DNA of 64,000 bases from Rhodospirillales bacterium (GTDB lineage Bacteria > Pseudomonadota > Alphaproteobacteria > Rhodospirillales > UBA2165). Numbering within the stretch: position 1 is the stretch's first letter; every line of letters begins with the position of its first letter. This document shows positions 1 through 9,566 of the stretch, piece by piece. The notes under the pieces are model-generated. The model was not told the origin of the DNA. It worked only from the letters and a program-made list of their open reading frames with translations, and ran no database searches. The stretch covers positions 65,400 to 129,399 of the forward strand of contig CBDBMR010000010.1 in the NCBI GenBank assembly GCA_965207535.1, written 5' to 3'. Both the position numbers and the translations under genes were made by a program.

Positions 1-203
1 CGGCCTGCATGCTGCGCTACAACTTCTCGTTTCCCATGCTGCTGGACGGCATGGATAACGACGCCGAGCACAAGTATCAGTCCTGGCCCGACCGGCTGTA
101 TATCATCGGCGGCGACGGCAAGATCGCCTATCGGGGCGGCATGGGGCCGCTCTATTTCAACGTCGACGAATTCGAACAGGAACTGAACGAGTTGGCGAAC
201 TGA
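1..203 (+). CDS. thioredoxin-fold, iodothyronine-deiodinase-like protein (C-terminal fragment; 5' end outside the window)
   Basis: ORF 9..203 stays open to the window edge. The C-terminal sequence SWPDRLYIIGGDGKIAYRGGMGP resembles the C-terminus of bacterial deiodinase-like/thioredoxin-fold proteins. The active-site region is not in the window. Confidence 0.45.
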   Translation, partial: ACMLRYNFSFPMLLDGMDNDAEHKYQSWPDRLYIIGGDGKIAYRGGMGPLYFNVDEFEQELNELAN

Positions 204-460
204 CCGCCGGCCGCGTTCCGGCGATGAGGACGGTGCTGGGTGAGGGGGCGCCGAGTGGTGCGGCAACCGATTGGTACGGCGTTCGGATGGCGGACGAAAC
301 GATTTGCGAACTTCGTGCGCGTTCGGCGTTGAGCAATGATGAGGAAGTGAATGTACAAGGCATGTGGCCTGCGCCATAATAAATCTCACAATATGAAGAA
401 TTGAACAATTCTCGAAATACGGGCAGTTCAGGCTTCACGGATTTAATAAAGGGAGAACTT

Positions 461-1477
461 ATGATGTCCAGAACGCTAAAGACTACGCTTGTTGCCGGCC
501 TCGCCGCCGGTGTGATGGCGCTTGGCGCGTCGTCCGTTTCGGCGCAGGGAATTTTGAAAGGCGACACGGGCGGAGTGGGGACGGTGAACCACTCCTTCAT
601 GATCATTCTGTCGACGACCCTGCAGAAGAAAATCGGCGTCAACTTGCAGGTCAACGAGGGCCAGACCCTGACCCGTTCGGCCCTCAAGCTCGGCCAGGGC
701 AAGATCGACGTATCGATCGTGCCCCCGGTCATGGTGCCTTGGATGCACAAGGGAACCCGCTTCTACAAGGCCAATCCGGAAACCGCCAAGAAGGCCATCG
801 ATAAAATCCGCCTGATTATCGCCTATGGGGCGGGCGTCCGCCACTACATGGTCTGGGAGGATTCAGGCATCAAGACCTGGGCCGATCTCAAAGGAAAGCG
901 TATCTTCGTCGGACCGCCGCGGGGCGGCGCCTCCCCGGTCGCCATTCAGGCCATCAAGCTGAACTCCGGTCTCGTGCCCAAAAAGGACTACAAGGAAATT
1001 CGCATGCCGTGGAACGCCGGTATCCAGGCCATGGCCGACGGTAAGCTTGACGTGTTCGTCCGTCCGGCGGGCGTGGGCGCGGCGTCCATCGACCAGCTTG
1101 GCGCCAAGCGGAAGTTCCGGCTTCTCCCGGTCAATCCGAAAGCGATGGCCAAGTTCATGGCGAGAGATGATCGGGTGTACGTGACGATTCCCGCCGGGGT
1201 CTACAAGAACCAATCCAATAACGACAAGGACGTCGTCGCGGACGGTTTCCGGCATCAGTTGGCCGTGCGGAAAGATATGAGCGACGAACTGGTCTACAAG
1301 ATCACCAAGACGCTTTTCGAAAACTTGCCCGCAATGAAGAAAACCGCCGTTACGTTGCAGGATATAACCCTGGAAGATCCTTTTTCCGGCGGCAATATCC
1401 CGCTGCATCCGGGCGCCGTCCGGTACTACAAGGAACAGGGTAAGAAAATCCCTGCCAACCTGATGGCCGGCGGCTAG
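461..1477 (+). CDS. TAXI-family TRAP transporter solute receptor
   Basis: ORF 401..1477 trimmed to ATG 461, preceded by AAGGGAGAA. It has a signal-peptide-like N-terminus (MMSRTLKTTLVAGLAAGVMALGASSVSAQ). TAXI hallmarks are GQTLTRSALKLGQGKID and the C-terminal IPLHPGAVRYYKEQG. Confidence 0.85.
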   Translation: MMSRTLKTTLVAGLAAGVMALGASSVSAQGILKGDTGGVGTVNHSFMIILSTTLQKKIGVNLQVNEGQTLTRSALKLGQGKIDVSIVPPVMVPWMHKGTRFYKANPETAKKAIDKIRLIIAYGAGVRHYMVWEDSGIKTWADLKGKRIFVGPPRGGASPVAIQAIKLNSGLVPKKDYKEIRMPWNAGIQAMADGKLDVFVRPAGVGAASIDQLGAKRKFRLLPVNPKAMAKFMARDDRVYVTIPAGVYKNQSNNDKDVVADGFRHQLAVRKDMSDELVYKITKTLFENLPAMKKTAVTLQDITLEDPFSGGNIPLHPGAVRYYKEQGKKIPANLMAGG

Positions 1478-1526
1478 ACCGATCCAGCCGGGATCAACAC
1501 CGGCGCAGGAACTTGGATATGGGGGT

Positions 1527-1547
1527 GGCCGCGCGGACGGCGCGGCC
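1527..1547 (+). other. intercistronic GC hairpin between the TAXI receptor and the fused permease
   Basis: GGCCGCGC-ggacg-GCGCGGCC, an 8-bp perfect stem. Confidence 0.45.
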
Positions 1548-1635
1548 GCCCCGTCCGGGATCGGAATTCTCACACTTTCAAACTGCCGTCTAAACCCGGG
1601 CCGGACCGGTTTCTACGCGCGATAGCGGGGTATTG

Positions 1636-3606
1636 ATGAACGCACAGGTTTCCCAGGGCCAAGGACAACTCTTGATCCGCATCGCGGCGTTCGCCGTTGC
1701 CCTGGTCATCGCCTTGACCGGCATTGTCAATTCCATGCCGACCTATGGGTTCTTTACGCCCATCGGGCCGTTTCCCGCCATCGTCCTCCGCCCCATCTTC
1801 GTCGGCGCCGCCGTCTTCCTGGTTCTTGCCAACAGTTCGTTCACCAGCACCTTTGCCGAACGGTGGCCGGGCCGTAAATGGCTCGGCACCGTCATCGACG
1901 TCGTCTTATTGCTGCTCGCCTGGTGGGTTCTCTGGGAATATTACGACCTCCAGATTTCCGAAGAGCAAGGCGGTTTCATCGAATTCGGAATGTTCCAATT
2001 TTGGGTATCGCTGATCGCCGCGGGCGTCTTCATCGTACTGAGCTGGAAGATCTGGGGCGCGCCCCTGTCGATCATCGGCATCCTGGCCCTGGTCTACTTC
2101 TATAGTGGCGAATATTGGCCGTGGATTTTCGAGACCGCCCGCGTCACTCTGCCGGAGACTTCCGAGGACCTCTGGTACAACCAGGGGGACGGTATTCTCG
2201 GCACCATCATGGGGATCATCATCTTCACGGTGTTCCCGTTCATCATGCTGGGCACCATGCTGGAGCGGACCGGCGGCGGACGTTCGCTGATCAAGCTCGC
2301 GGTTCATATCACCAAGGGATTTCGCGGCGGTCCCGCCCATTCCGCCATCCTGGCGTCCAGCCTGTTCGGCACCATGTCGGGCGGCTCGGTCACGAACGTG
2401 GTGGCGACCGGCGTCATTACCATCCCGATGATCAAGCAGCGGGGCTTCTCGCCGTCGTTCGCGGGCGGGGTCGAGGCGACCGCATCGAGCGCCGGACAGA
2501 TCATGCCGCCGATCATGGGTGCGGCGGCGTTCGTGATGTCGGACCTGACCGGGATCAGCTACCTGACCATCATTATCGCTGCCCTGGTGCCGGCATTGGC
2601 CTATTATGCCAGCCTGTTCACCAGCGTCGTGTTCGAGGCCCGCCGGTTGGGGGTGGAGGTCGGCGGCGAGGACCTCGACCGGCCGGAGCTCAAGGTCACT
2701 TCGCAGGACTACGTCAACCTCGTCATGGTCGTGGTGCCCATCGCCGTGGTGGTCTTCTCCCTGTTGGAGGGGCTGTCCGCCGCGGGCGCCGGCATGACGG
2801 CGTTCTTCGCCATCATTCCATTGAGCTTCTTCAACCCCGAAGTCCGCAGGCGGCCGTTCATTATCATCGACGCCCTGTCCCAGGCCGGGCTCACCTTCGG
2901 CCGGTTGTTGATGGCCATCGCCGTCGTCGGCATCGTCGTCGCGGTCCTGGGCGCGACCGGGCTGCCCAAGGATTTCGTCATCCTCATCGACGCGGTATCC
3001 GGCGGCAACCTGTTCCTCACCCTGTTTGTCACGGGCATCGCCGCCCTGATGCTGGGGATGGGCATGCCGACGCTGCCGGCCTACCTCACCATCGTGCTGA
3101 TCCTGGGCCCGGCGATGCAGAACCTGGGCCTCACGGTGCTGGCCGCGCATCTGTTCGTCCTCTACTACGCGGTGGCGTCGTCGATCACGCCGCCGGTCGC
3201 CGTCGCGGCTTATGCCGCCGCGTCCATCGCAGATGCGCCGCCGATCCGGACGGCCATGATGGCGCTCCGCGTCGGTCTGGTGAAATTCGCGGTGCCGTTC
3301 ATTTTCGCCTACTACCCGGTGATCCTGATCGTGCCGGTGGTCTTCCCGGAGGGTCAGAGCTTCGCGATGGTTGATTTCGTGACCGTCCTGTTCCGGGTGC
3401 TGGTGTTCATTTATTTGATCTCGAGCGCGGTGATATCCTTCGATCAACGGCGGTTGCCGGCTTGGGAAGCGGGCTTCCGCATCCTCCTCGCGATACTGGT
3501 TTTGGTGACGTTGCCGGGCATCCACTGGCCGGCGACAGGGGTGGCCTTGGCCTATATCGCATGGCACCAGTTTGTTTACGGAAGGAAGGCCGCCGCCGCC
3601 GCGTAA
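1636..3606 (+). CDS. TRAP transporter fused 4TM/12TM permease (TAXI-associated)
   Basis: A 656-aa, extremely hydrophobic multi-pass protein lies directly after the TAXI receptor. This is the typical fused DctQM-like permease of TAXI systems. Confidence 0.85.
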   Translation: MNAQVSQGQGQLLIRIAAFAVALVIALTGIVNSMPTYGFFTPIGPFPAIVLRPIFVGAAVFLVLANSSFTSTFAERWPGRKWLGTVIDVVLLLLAWWVLWEYYDLQISEEQGGFIEFGMFQFWVSLIAAGVFIVLSWKIWGAPLSIIGILALVYFYSGEYWPWIFETARVTLPETSEDLWYNQGDGILGTIMGIIIFTVFPFIMLGTMLERTGGGRSLIKLAVHITKGFRGGPAHSAILASSLFGTMSGGSVTNVVATGVITIPMIKQRGFSPSFAGGVEATASSAGQIMPPIMGAAAFVMSDLTGISYLTIIIAALVPALAYYASLFTSVVFEARRLGVEVGGEDLDRPELKVTSQDYVNLVMVVVPIAVVVFSLLEGLSAAGAGMTAFFAIIPLSFFNPEVRRRPFIIIDALSQAGLTFGRLLMAIAVVGIVVAVLGATGLPKDFVILIDAVSGGNLFLTLFVTGIAALMLGMGMPTLPAYLTIVLILGPAMQNLGLTVLAAHLFVLYYAVASSITPPVAVAAYAAASIADAPPIRTAMMALRVGLVKFAVPFIFAYYPVILIVPVVFPEGQSFAMVDFVTVLFRVLVFIYLISSAVISFDQRRLPAWEAGFRILLAILVLVTLPGIHWPATGVALAYIAWHQFVYGRKAAAAA

Positions 3607-3621
3607 CGACAGGAGGGAATC

Positions 3622-4200
3622 ATGGCATCGGAAGGTTATCACGACCGGCAGAACTTCGAGATGGAGCACTGGCCCGAGTTGAGGGAGAAGATGAACAGCG
3701 TCTTCAAGCTCGTGTTCCCCGGCCGGGAGATTCCGGGTGAGCTCAAGCAGTTCGTCTTTACCGCGGCGAGCATGTCCCACGGCAGCCTTCACTGCCAGTC
3801 GCATGGGTCATACCACCTCCACCGGATCGACGTGCCGGATGAGAGGATTCAGGCGCTGTGGGACTACGACGAGTCCGATCGGTTCTCGGACGCCGAGCGC
3901 GCCGCGCTCGACCTGGCCTTCGCCGCGGGCTCGGCGCCCAGCACCGTCAAACCGGAGCATTTCGAGGAGCTTCGCAAGCATTACTCGGACATGCAGATCA
4001 TCGAGATATTGGCGGTGATCGCCGTCGGCGGATTCCTTAACCGCTGGAACGACACCATCGGCACGGTGACCGACAACGAATCCATCGAGTTCGCCGACCG
4101 GGTGCTGAGACCGGTGGGCTGGGAGCCGGGGAAACACGTCGGCGCGCCCGAGGAACAGCGCAAGGCCCATCCCATCACCCTGGGCTGGACCAACAAGTAG
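3622..4200 (+). CDS. carboxymuconolactone decarboxylase (CMD)/AhpD-like family protein
   Basis: SD AGGAGGG lies upstream of the ATG. The CMD-like segment reads FVFTAASMSHGSLHCQSHGSYH, a C-x-x-H-x-x-x-H variant of the CxxCxxxH motif. Confidence 0.7.
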   Translation: MASEGYHDRQNFEMEHWPELREKMNSVFKLVFPGREIPGELKQFVFTAASMSHGSLHCQSHGSYHLHRIDVPDERIQALWDYDESDRFSDAERAALDLAFAAGSAPSTVKPEHFEELRKHYSDMQIIEILAVIAVGGFLNRWNDTIGTVTDNESIEFADRVLRPVGWEPGKHVGAPEEQRKAHPITLGWTNK

Positions 4201-4260
4201 GCCCCTGGTGGCTTATTTGGCGGCCAATTCAACGGCCAATTCAACGGCTTGGCGGTTCTC

Positions 4261-5865
4261 ATGGCTGAAGAGTTAGCGTTCGATTACGTCATCGTCGGCG
4301 CCGGGTCGGGCGGATGCGTCATGGCAAACCGTCTGGTCGGGGACGGAAGATATTCCGTGGCGCTGGTCGAGCGGGGCCGGATGGACGACAACCGGTGGAT
4401 TCACATCCCCGCGACCTATTTCAAGGCCCACCAGTCCCAAGACATCGACGCGGTGCTCTCCGAACCCGACGAGACATTGGACGGGAAACGGTTCGCCGTT
4501 CCTCAAGGGAACGTCGTCGGCGGCGGATCGTCGGTGAACGCCATGATCTACATGCGCGGCCAGGCCCAGGACTACGACGAATGGGACGACCTCCACGGGT
4601 GCACCGGCTGGCGGTACGAGGACGTGTTGCCCGTCTTCATGCGCCACGAGAGGAACATGGATCTGGGCGCGCCCTATCACGGCCGGGACGGGCAGCTGGT
4701 CGTCGCCGATCCCGAATACAAACATCCGATCAATGAAATCATGTTGGATGCCGCCCAATCGGCCGGGTTGGGGTGGTCCGACGATTTCAACGGCGAAATT
4801 CAGGAGGGCGCCGGATGGTATCAGGCGACGGCATATGCCGGACGCCGGCAGTCGGCGGCCACCTGCTTCCTGAAACCCGTTATCGGCCATGAACAGCTAA
4901 CGGTAATGACAAACGCCATCGCCGGGAAAATCCGCTTCAACGGACGGCGTGCGGAAGCGCTGGAAGTCAAACGGGACGGCCAGGAAATTGTTCTCCGAGC
5001 CCGCAAGGAGATCATCCTGACGGCGGGGTCATTCCATAGTCCGAAGCTCCTGATGCTGTCGGGCGTCGGGCCGGCCGCCGGCCTCGATCGTCACGGCATC
5101 GGGACCGTCCATGACGCGCCGGAGGTCGGCGCCAATTACCACGATCACGTCGGCACCCCGGTCACCTACAAGCTCAAGAACGCCAAGGGCTATCACAACG
5201 CCGATAAAGGCCTCGCGGCGATGAGGCATGGGATCGAGTACTTCCTGTTCAAGCGCGGGTTGCTCACGTCCAATCTGCTGGCGGCGGGCGCGTGCGTGGA
5301 TACGGACGGAGACGGCCGGGCCGACGTGCAATACATTTTTGCGCCGTTCGCCCCGGGCGCGCCGGGGGAGGGGCCTCTCCCCATCCAGTCCCTTCACCTC
5401 CATCCGCTGACCATGCGGCCGGCCTCCCGGGGCCGGCTGGTCCTGGCGTCCACCAACCCCGAAGACCCGCCGACTTTCGAGGCGCAGGTTCTGCAGACCG
5501 AAGAGGATTTGGACACGCTGCGCCGCGGTATCCGGTTCGTCCGGGAGATTTGCGACCAGCCGCAGCTCAAGGAAATCCTGGGGGACATGATTTGGCCGGG
5601 GCCCGACATCTCCGTCGCCGTCGGGTCCAACAATCTCGACGACGCGATCAGGAAGCAGGCGCGGACCGCCTACCATCCCGCCGGCACCTGCCGGATGGGC
5701 AGCGACCGGGGCGCCGTCACCGACGTGCGGCTGAAGGTCAACGGCGTCGACGGCGTCCGGGTCACCGATTGTTCCGTCATGCCTCAGCTGGTTTCCGGAA
5801 ACACCAATGCGCCGACCATGATGATCGCCGATCGCGGCGCCGACTTCGTGCTGGAAGACGCGTAG
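4261..5865 (+). CDS. GMC-family FAD oxidoreductase (choline dehydrogenase-like)
   Basis: N-terminal FAD fold DYVIVGAGSGGCVMANRL. GMC signatures GGGSSVNAMIYMRG and the C-terminal HPAGTCRMG...VVD..LKV.GV..LRV.D.S.MP are present. The start is ambiguous (TTG 4249 or ATG 4261). Confidence 0.9.
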   Translation: MAEELAFDYVIVGAGSGGCVMANRLVGDGRYSVALVERGRMDDNRWIHIPATYFKAHQSQDIDAVLSEPDETLDGKRFAVPQGNVVGGGSSVNAMIYMRGQAQDYDEWDDLHGCTGWRYEDVLPVFMRHERNMDLGAPYHGRDGQLVVADPEYKHPINEIMLDAAQSAGLGWSDDFNGEIQEGAGWYQATAYAGRRQSAATCFLKPVIGHEQLTVMTNAIAGKIRFNGRRAEALEVKRDGQEIVLRARKEIILTAGSFHSPKLLMLSGVGPAAGLDRHGIGTVHDAPEVGANYHDHVGTPVTYKLKNAKGYHNADKGLAAMRHGIEYFLFKRGLLTSNLLAAGACVDTDGDGRADVQYIFAPFAPGAPGEGPLPIQSLHLHPLTMRPASRGRLVLASTNPEDPPTFEAQVLQTEEDLDTLRRGIRFVREICDQPQLKEILGDMIWPGPDISVAVGSNNLDDAIRKQARTAYHPAGTCRMGSDRGAVTDVRLKVNGVDGVRVTDCSVMPQLVSGNTNAPTMMIADRGADFVLEDA

Positions 5866-5885
5866 TTCGCCGCTTACTCGGCCGC

Positions 5886-6905
5886 CTATTCAGCGACTTG
5901 GCGGCTGTTCTCTTCGTGGAGCCGTTTGACGATCCTCCGGACGGCCATCAGGGCGCGGTCGGCCTGGATGGGAATCGGCTTCAATTCGCCGCGCGAAGAG
6001 ATGATCCTTTGCTGGGCCTCGATCATCTCCACGTCTTCCATGATCACCTGGGTGTTCTCGACGATCGCCTGTTCCGTGAGCTCGTCCTCGTCGAGCCGGA
6101 AGTCCCGCGCCCAGCCCAGCCAGAAATGCGACGTCGTCTCGGTCTCGGGCGTGATCGGGTTGATCACTTTGGCGGTCAGTTTCTTGGTGGAATCTATGAA
6201 TTTGGATTCAATCTCCAGCACCGAAGGCGGCCACCAGATGTAGTCGGTGCATCGGTCGATCAAACCGGTAAACCCGCCCCAACCGACGATAAACGGCCCC
6301 GGCTCCACGCCGTAGATGTAGCGCCGTCCCCTGACCATATTGCCCTCGACGGTGAATTCCATTTCCGGCGGCGCATCCTTGGACGACGCCGAGCCGATGG
6401 ACTCCTTGTGGGTGAAAGCCAGATGGCTCAAATCGAGCAGGTTGTCGACGAAGAGCTGGGCCGCCCCCTTGACGTAGAAATACTTGTGGAATCCCGACCA
6501 TTCGCTGCTGTCGAAGTAGGGCAGGCTTGGGATTTCGGAGACCGGCTTGGGTACGCCCCGGCCGATCCACACCCACACCCATCCGTCGCTTTCGGCGACC
6601 GAATAACTCTTGATTTTGGCCGCTTCCGGGGCGGTGTCCTGACCCGGCACCTCGATGCACTGCCCGGTGTGATCGAATAGCATCCCGTGGTACTGACAGC
6701 GTAGGCAACCGTCTTCGACGGTTCCCAAGGATAGGGGCGCATACCGATGGGCACAGCGGTCCTCCAATGCCCGAATCTCTCCCTCCGGGGAGCGGAAGAA
6801 CACGATTTCCTCGCCGCAGATTGTCCGGGCAAAGGGCGCGTCCGCGGTGATTTCATTGGAAAGCGCGGCGGCGTACCACTGTTCCTGGAGAAATGTGTCC
6901 GTCAT
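5886..6905 (-). CDS. Rieske [2Fe-2S] oxygenase, VanA-like (aromatic O-demethylase/monooxygenase oxygenase component)
   Basis: Rieske motif CAHRYAPLSLG...CQYHGMLF. Length (339 aa) and architecture resemble vanillate O-demethylase oxygenase-type enzymes. No reductase gene is adjacent. Confidence 0.8.
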   Translation of the reverse strand: MTDTFLQEQWYAAALSNEITADAPFARTICGEEIVFFRSPEGEIRALEDRCAHRYAPLSLGTVEDGCLRCQYHGMLFDHTGQCIEVPGQDTAPEAAKIKSYSVAESDGWVWVWIGRGVPKPVSEIPSLPYFDSSEWSGFHKYFYVKGAAQLFVDNLLDLSHLAFTHKESIGSASSKDAPPEMEFTVEGNMVRGRRYIYGVEPGPFIVGWGGFTGLIDRCTDYIWWPPSVLEIESKFIDSTKKLTAKVINPITPETETTSHFWLGWARDFRLDEDELTEQAIVENTQVIMEDVEMIEAQQRIISSRGELKPIPIQADRALMAVRRIVKRLHEENSRQVAE

Positions 6906-6939
6906 GACGGCCTCGGTCTAGCGCCTGCTGTACATCATA

Positions 6940-7698
6940 TCACACGAACGCGATGCCGCCATTCACCGGCAGGTTCTGCCCGGTGATGAACCCGGCCTCG
7001 TCGGAGGCCAAAAACAGCGCCGCCCCGACCAAATCTTCCGGCACCTCGACGCGGGGAATCGCCTGACGCGGGACGACATTGTTCCGGCGGTTCTGCTGGG
7101 TGATCTCGTTGGTCGTATTGACCTCGGTTTCCGTCGAGCCGGGCAGGATGGCGTTGACGGTGATGCCGTCGTTTCCGAGTTCGCGGGCGAGTGCGCGGGT
7201 CAAACCCACGAGCGCCGCCTTGCTGGTGATGTAGTGCGCCATGCTGATCGGCGGCGGCAGCAGGACGGTGTCGGACGAAAGGTTGATGATGCGGCCCCAC
7301 CCGGCGTCCCGCATGGCCGCCACGGTCGCCTTCACGCAGTTGAAGGCGCCGGTGACGTTGACCTTGAGAAGCCGCTCCCACTCATCGTCTTCGAGTTCGT
7401 CGACGGGTACGCGCCGAATGCCCGTCAACAGCGCGGCGTTGTTGATCAGCACATCGATGCGGCCGTACTCGTCGAGAACCTTCCGGGCCATCGCCCGCAC
7501 CGAGGCGGGTTCGGCTACGTCGGTTTCGATTGCCATGGCCTTGCCGCCGGCATCGGTGATTTCGCGTTCGACGTTCCGAGCGTTCTCGCCATTGATCTCG
7601 GCGATTATCGCGACCGCGCCCTCATCGGCGAAGCCTTTTGCGAATGCCCGTCCCAAACCTTGGCCGCCGCCGGTCACAATCACCACACGTCCGTCCAT
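6940..7698 (-). CDS. SDR-family oxidoreductase
   Basis: TGGGQGLG cofactor motif, NAA, and the catalytic Y-x-x-x-K (YITSKAAL). SD AGGAGA lies upstream. Confidence 0.9.
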   Translation of the reverse strand: MDGRVVIVTGGGQGLGRAFAKGFADEGAVAIIAEINGENARNVEREITDAGGKAMAIETDVAEPASVRAMARKVLDEYGRIDVLINNAALLTGIRRVPVDELEDDEWERLLKVNVTGAFNCVKATVAAMRDAGWGRIINLSSDTVLLPPPISMAHYITSKAALVGLTRALARELGNDGITVNAILPGSTETEVNTTNEITQQNRRNNVVPRQAIPRVEVPEDLVGAALFLASDEAGFITGQNLPVNGGIAFV

Positions 7699-7711
7699 GA
7701 TGAATCTCCTA

Positions 7712-9415
7712 CTACGGCAGAATGGCGTTGATGATCATGGTGCGGCCTTCGGCGTTTTCGGCCTGGGCGTCCTCGAGGGCCTGTTTGAACTCCTGGTAGC
7801 TCTCGGCCCGGACACCCCGCGCGCCCAATGGTGTCCCCAGCTCTTCGAAGACCGGCGCCTCGATCTGGAAGCCGTAGGTCAGGTCGGTCTCTTTCACCAT
7901 GCCCTCCGAATAGTAGAGTTGGTGCCCTTTCAGCATCGCCTGATAGCCGTTGTTGTTCATGACGACGATGGTGATGGGAAGGCCGTAATCGCGCGATGCG
8001 CCGAGGGCCTGGGTGATCGGATTGTAAAGAAAGCTGCCATCGCCGACGAACGCCACGACCGGCCGCTCGGGCGCGCCGAGTTTCAGCCCAAGCGCCACCC
8101 CAAGCCCCTGTCCCAGGCCGCTGACTGTCTGCTTGTAGAGGGAGTTGGGCCGGGTCACGGAGAGGTGGTTCCGCATCATCAGGAAATGGGTGATGGTTTC
8201 GTCGACGAAAACCGTATCCGGCGGCATCACCTCTTCGATGGCCGCGCTGACGGATATGGCGTTGAGGGCGCCATCCTTGGCGGCGGCGTCCCGTTTGGCC
8301 TTCAACTCCGACATGAATTCATCGTGAACCTCTGACCATTTGTCGCGCCGCGCCTTTTTGACGGCCTCGTCCGGCCCGCCGTCACCGAGCATCCTCGTCG
8401 CGGCGCTCAATGTCGCGGCCAAATCGCCTTCGAGATAGGTGTCGGCATGCATGTCCTGATAGACCAGCCATTCCTTGTGAGGCTGTTCCCCGATGGCGAC
8501 GATCTTGGCCGATGTCGGACAGTTGAAGGGCGGATACCAGGGCGTCCGGGATCCTACCAGAAGGACAAGATCGGCATCGGGCAGGTGCTCGTAGCTCTCG
8601 ATGCCGAGCCACAGGCCGTTGTCGGTCGGGAAGTTGCCGTAGGTCGACGTGCGCCCGCCGATGACCGGGATGGCGGCCGCTTCGGCGAACGCCGTCAGCG
8701 CCTCGAACGCACCGGGAACTCGGCCGGCGAACTCGGTAATGATCACCGGGTTTCGCGCCTCGTTGATGTCGGCGATCAGTCCTTCCAATTCGGCGGCGAC
8801 CGCCTGTGTCCGGGAGGGGGGCGGTACCTCGGAGAGTTCGCGGTCCGGAACCCAGTCCTCGATCATGTATTCCAGAGGGACGTCGAGAAACACCGGGCCC
8901 TTGGGGGCGCGCTGGGCCATTTCGCCGGCGCGGACGATGCTCCGGTAAAGGGTCGGCGCGCTGGGCACCAGGCTGGACCACTTGACCGAGTTGGAGACCA
9001 GCTTGTCGATGCCGCCGGGGCTGACGCCGCCGTACCACTGCGCCTCTACCTTGAGGTCGGGATCGGCGCCGAGGGAGACGGATTCGCCGGCCAGCACCAG
9101 CATGGGCACTTCGGACTGCATGGCGGCGTGCATCCCCATGACGCCCTGAAGCGGACCGACGCCCGCATGCAGCATGACGGCCTGGGGCTTGCCGGTCATG
9201 AAGGTGTAGCCGGTCGCGATGTTGACCGCCAAATTCTCATGCCAAACCTGCATGTAGGTGGGGCCGGGAATGTTTTCGTGGCGCTGTCGCGTGAGCGCTT
9301 CCCAGACCGGTGACCATTCCGAACCGGGAGACATGATCACATTCTGAATGCCGAGATTGCGGATGGCCTCAAGGACGGCCTCGCCGCCGTCCCGCGTGTT
9401 GGCGCGCGTTACCAT
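7712..9415 (-). CDS. thiamine-diphosphate-dependent enzyme (acetolactate synthase large-subunit-like family)
   Basis: Three-domain ThDP enzyme layout with the GDGSFLYN ThDP-binding motif. The start was trimmed to ATG 9415, preceded by GGGAGGA (track start 9433). Confidence 0.85.
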   Translation of the reverse strand: MVTRANTRDGGEAVLEAIRNLGIQNVIMSPGSEWSPVWEALTRQRHENIPGPTYMQVWHENLAVNIATGYTFMTGKPQAVMLHAGVGPLQGVMGMHAAMQSEVPMLVLAGESVSLGADPDLKVEAQWYGGVSPGGIDKLVSNSVKWSSLVPSAPTLYRSIVRAGEMAQRAPKGPVFLDVPLEYMIEDWVPDRELSEVPPPSRTQAVAAELEGLIADINEARNPVIITEFAGRVPGAFEALTAFAEAAAIPVIGGRTSTYGNFPTDNGLWLGIESYEHLPDADLVLLVGSRTPWYPPFNCPTSAKIVAIGEQPHKEWLVYQDMHADTYLEGDLAATLSAATRMLGDGGPDEAVKKARRDKWSEVHDEFMSELKAKRDAAAKDGALNAISVSAAIEEVMPPDTVFVDETITHFLMMRNHLSVTRPNSLYKQTVSGLGQGLGVALGLKLGAPERPVVAFVGDGSFLYNPITQALGASRDYGLPITIVVMNNNGYQAMLKGHQLYYSEGMVKETDLTYGFQIEAPVFEELGTPLGARGVRAESYQEFKQALEDAQAENAEGRTMIINAILP

Positions 9416-9566
9416 ATGATTGCGTCCTCCCAAACGTCAGTAAATCCGCCCCGCCCAATATGGTTCTGGTATGTTCGCCGACTGAGCAAAATCCAGGGTA
9501 CCCGCTGCCTGAGGAACGGAAAAGCGCGAGTTCTCGATTCGGTGATAGTTGTTCCGCCGAGAGATT

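Noticed and set aside
1906-3804. A 632-aa minus-strand ORF, with further long plus-frame ORFs at 2115..3374 and 1724..2014, overlapping the TRAP permease gene.
   Set aside because: These are Arg/Gly/Asp/His-rich low-complexity translations antisense or out of frame to a clearly recognisable membrane protein. They are typical GC-rich shadow ORFs.
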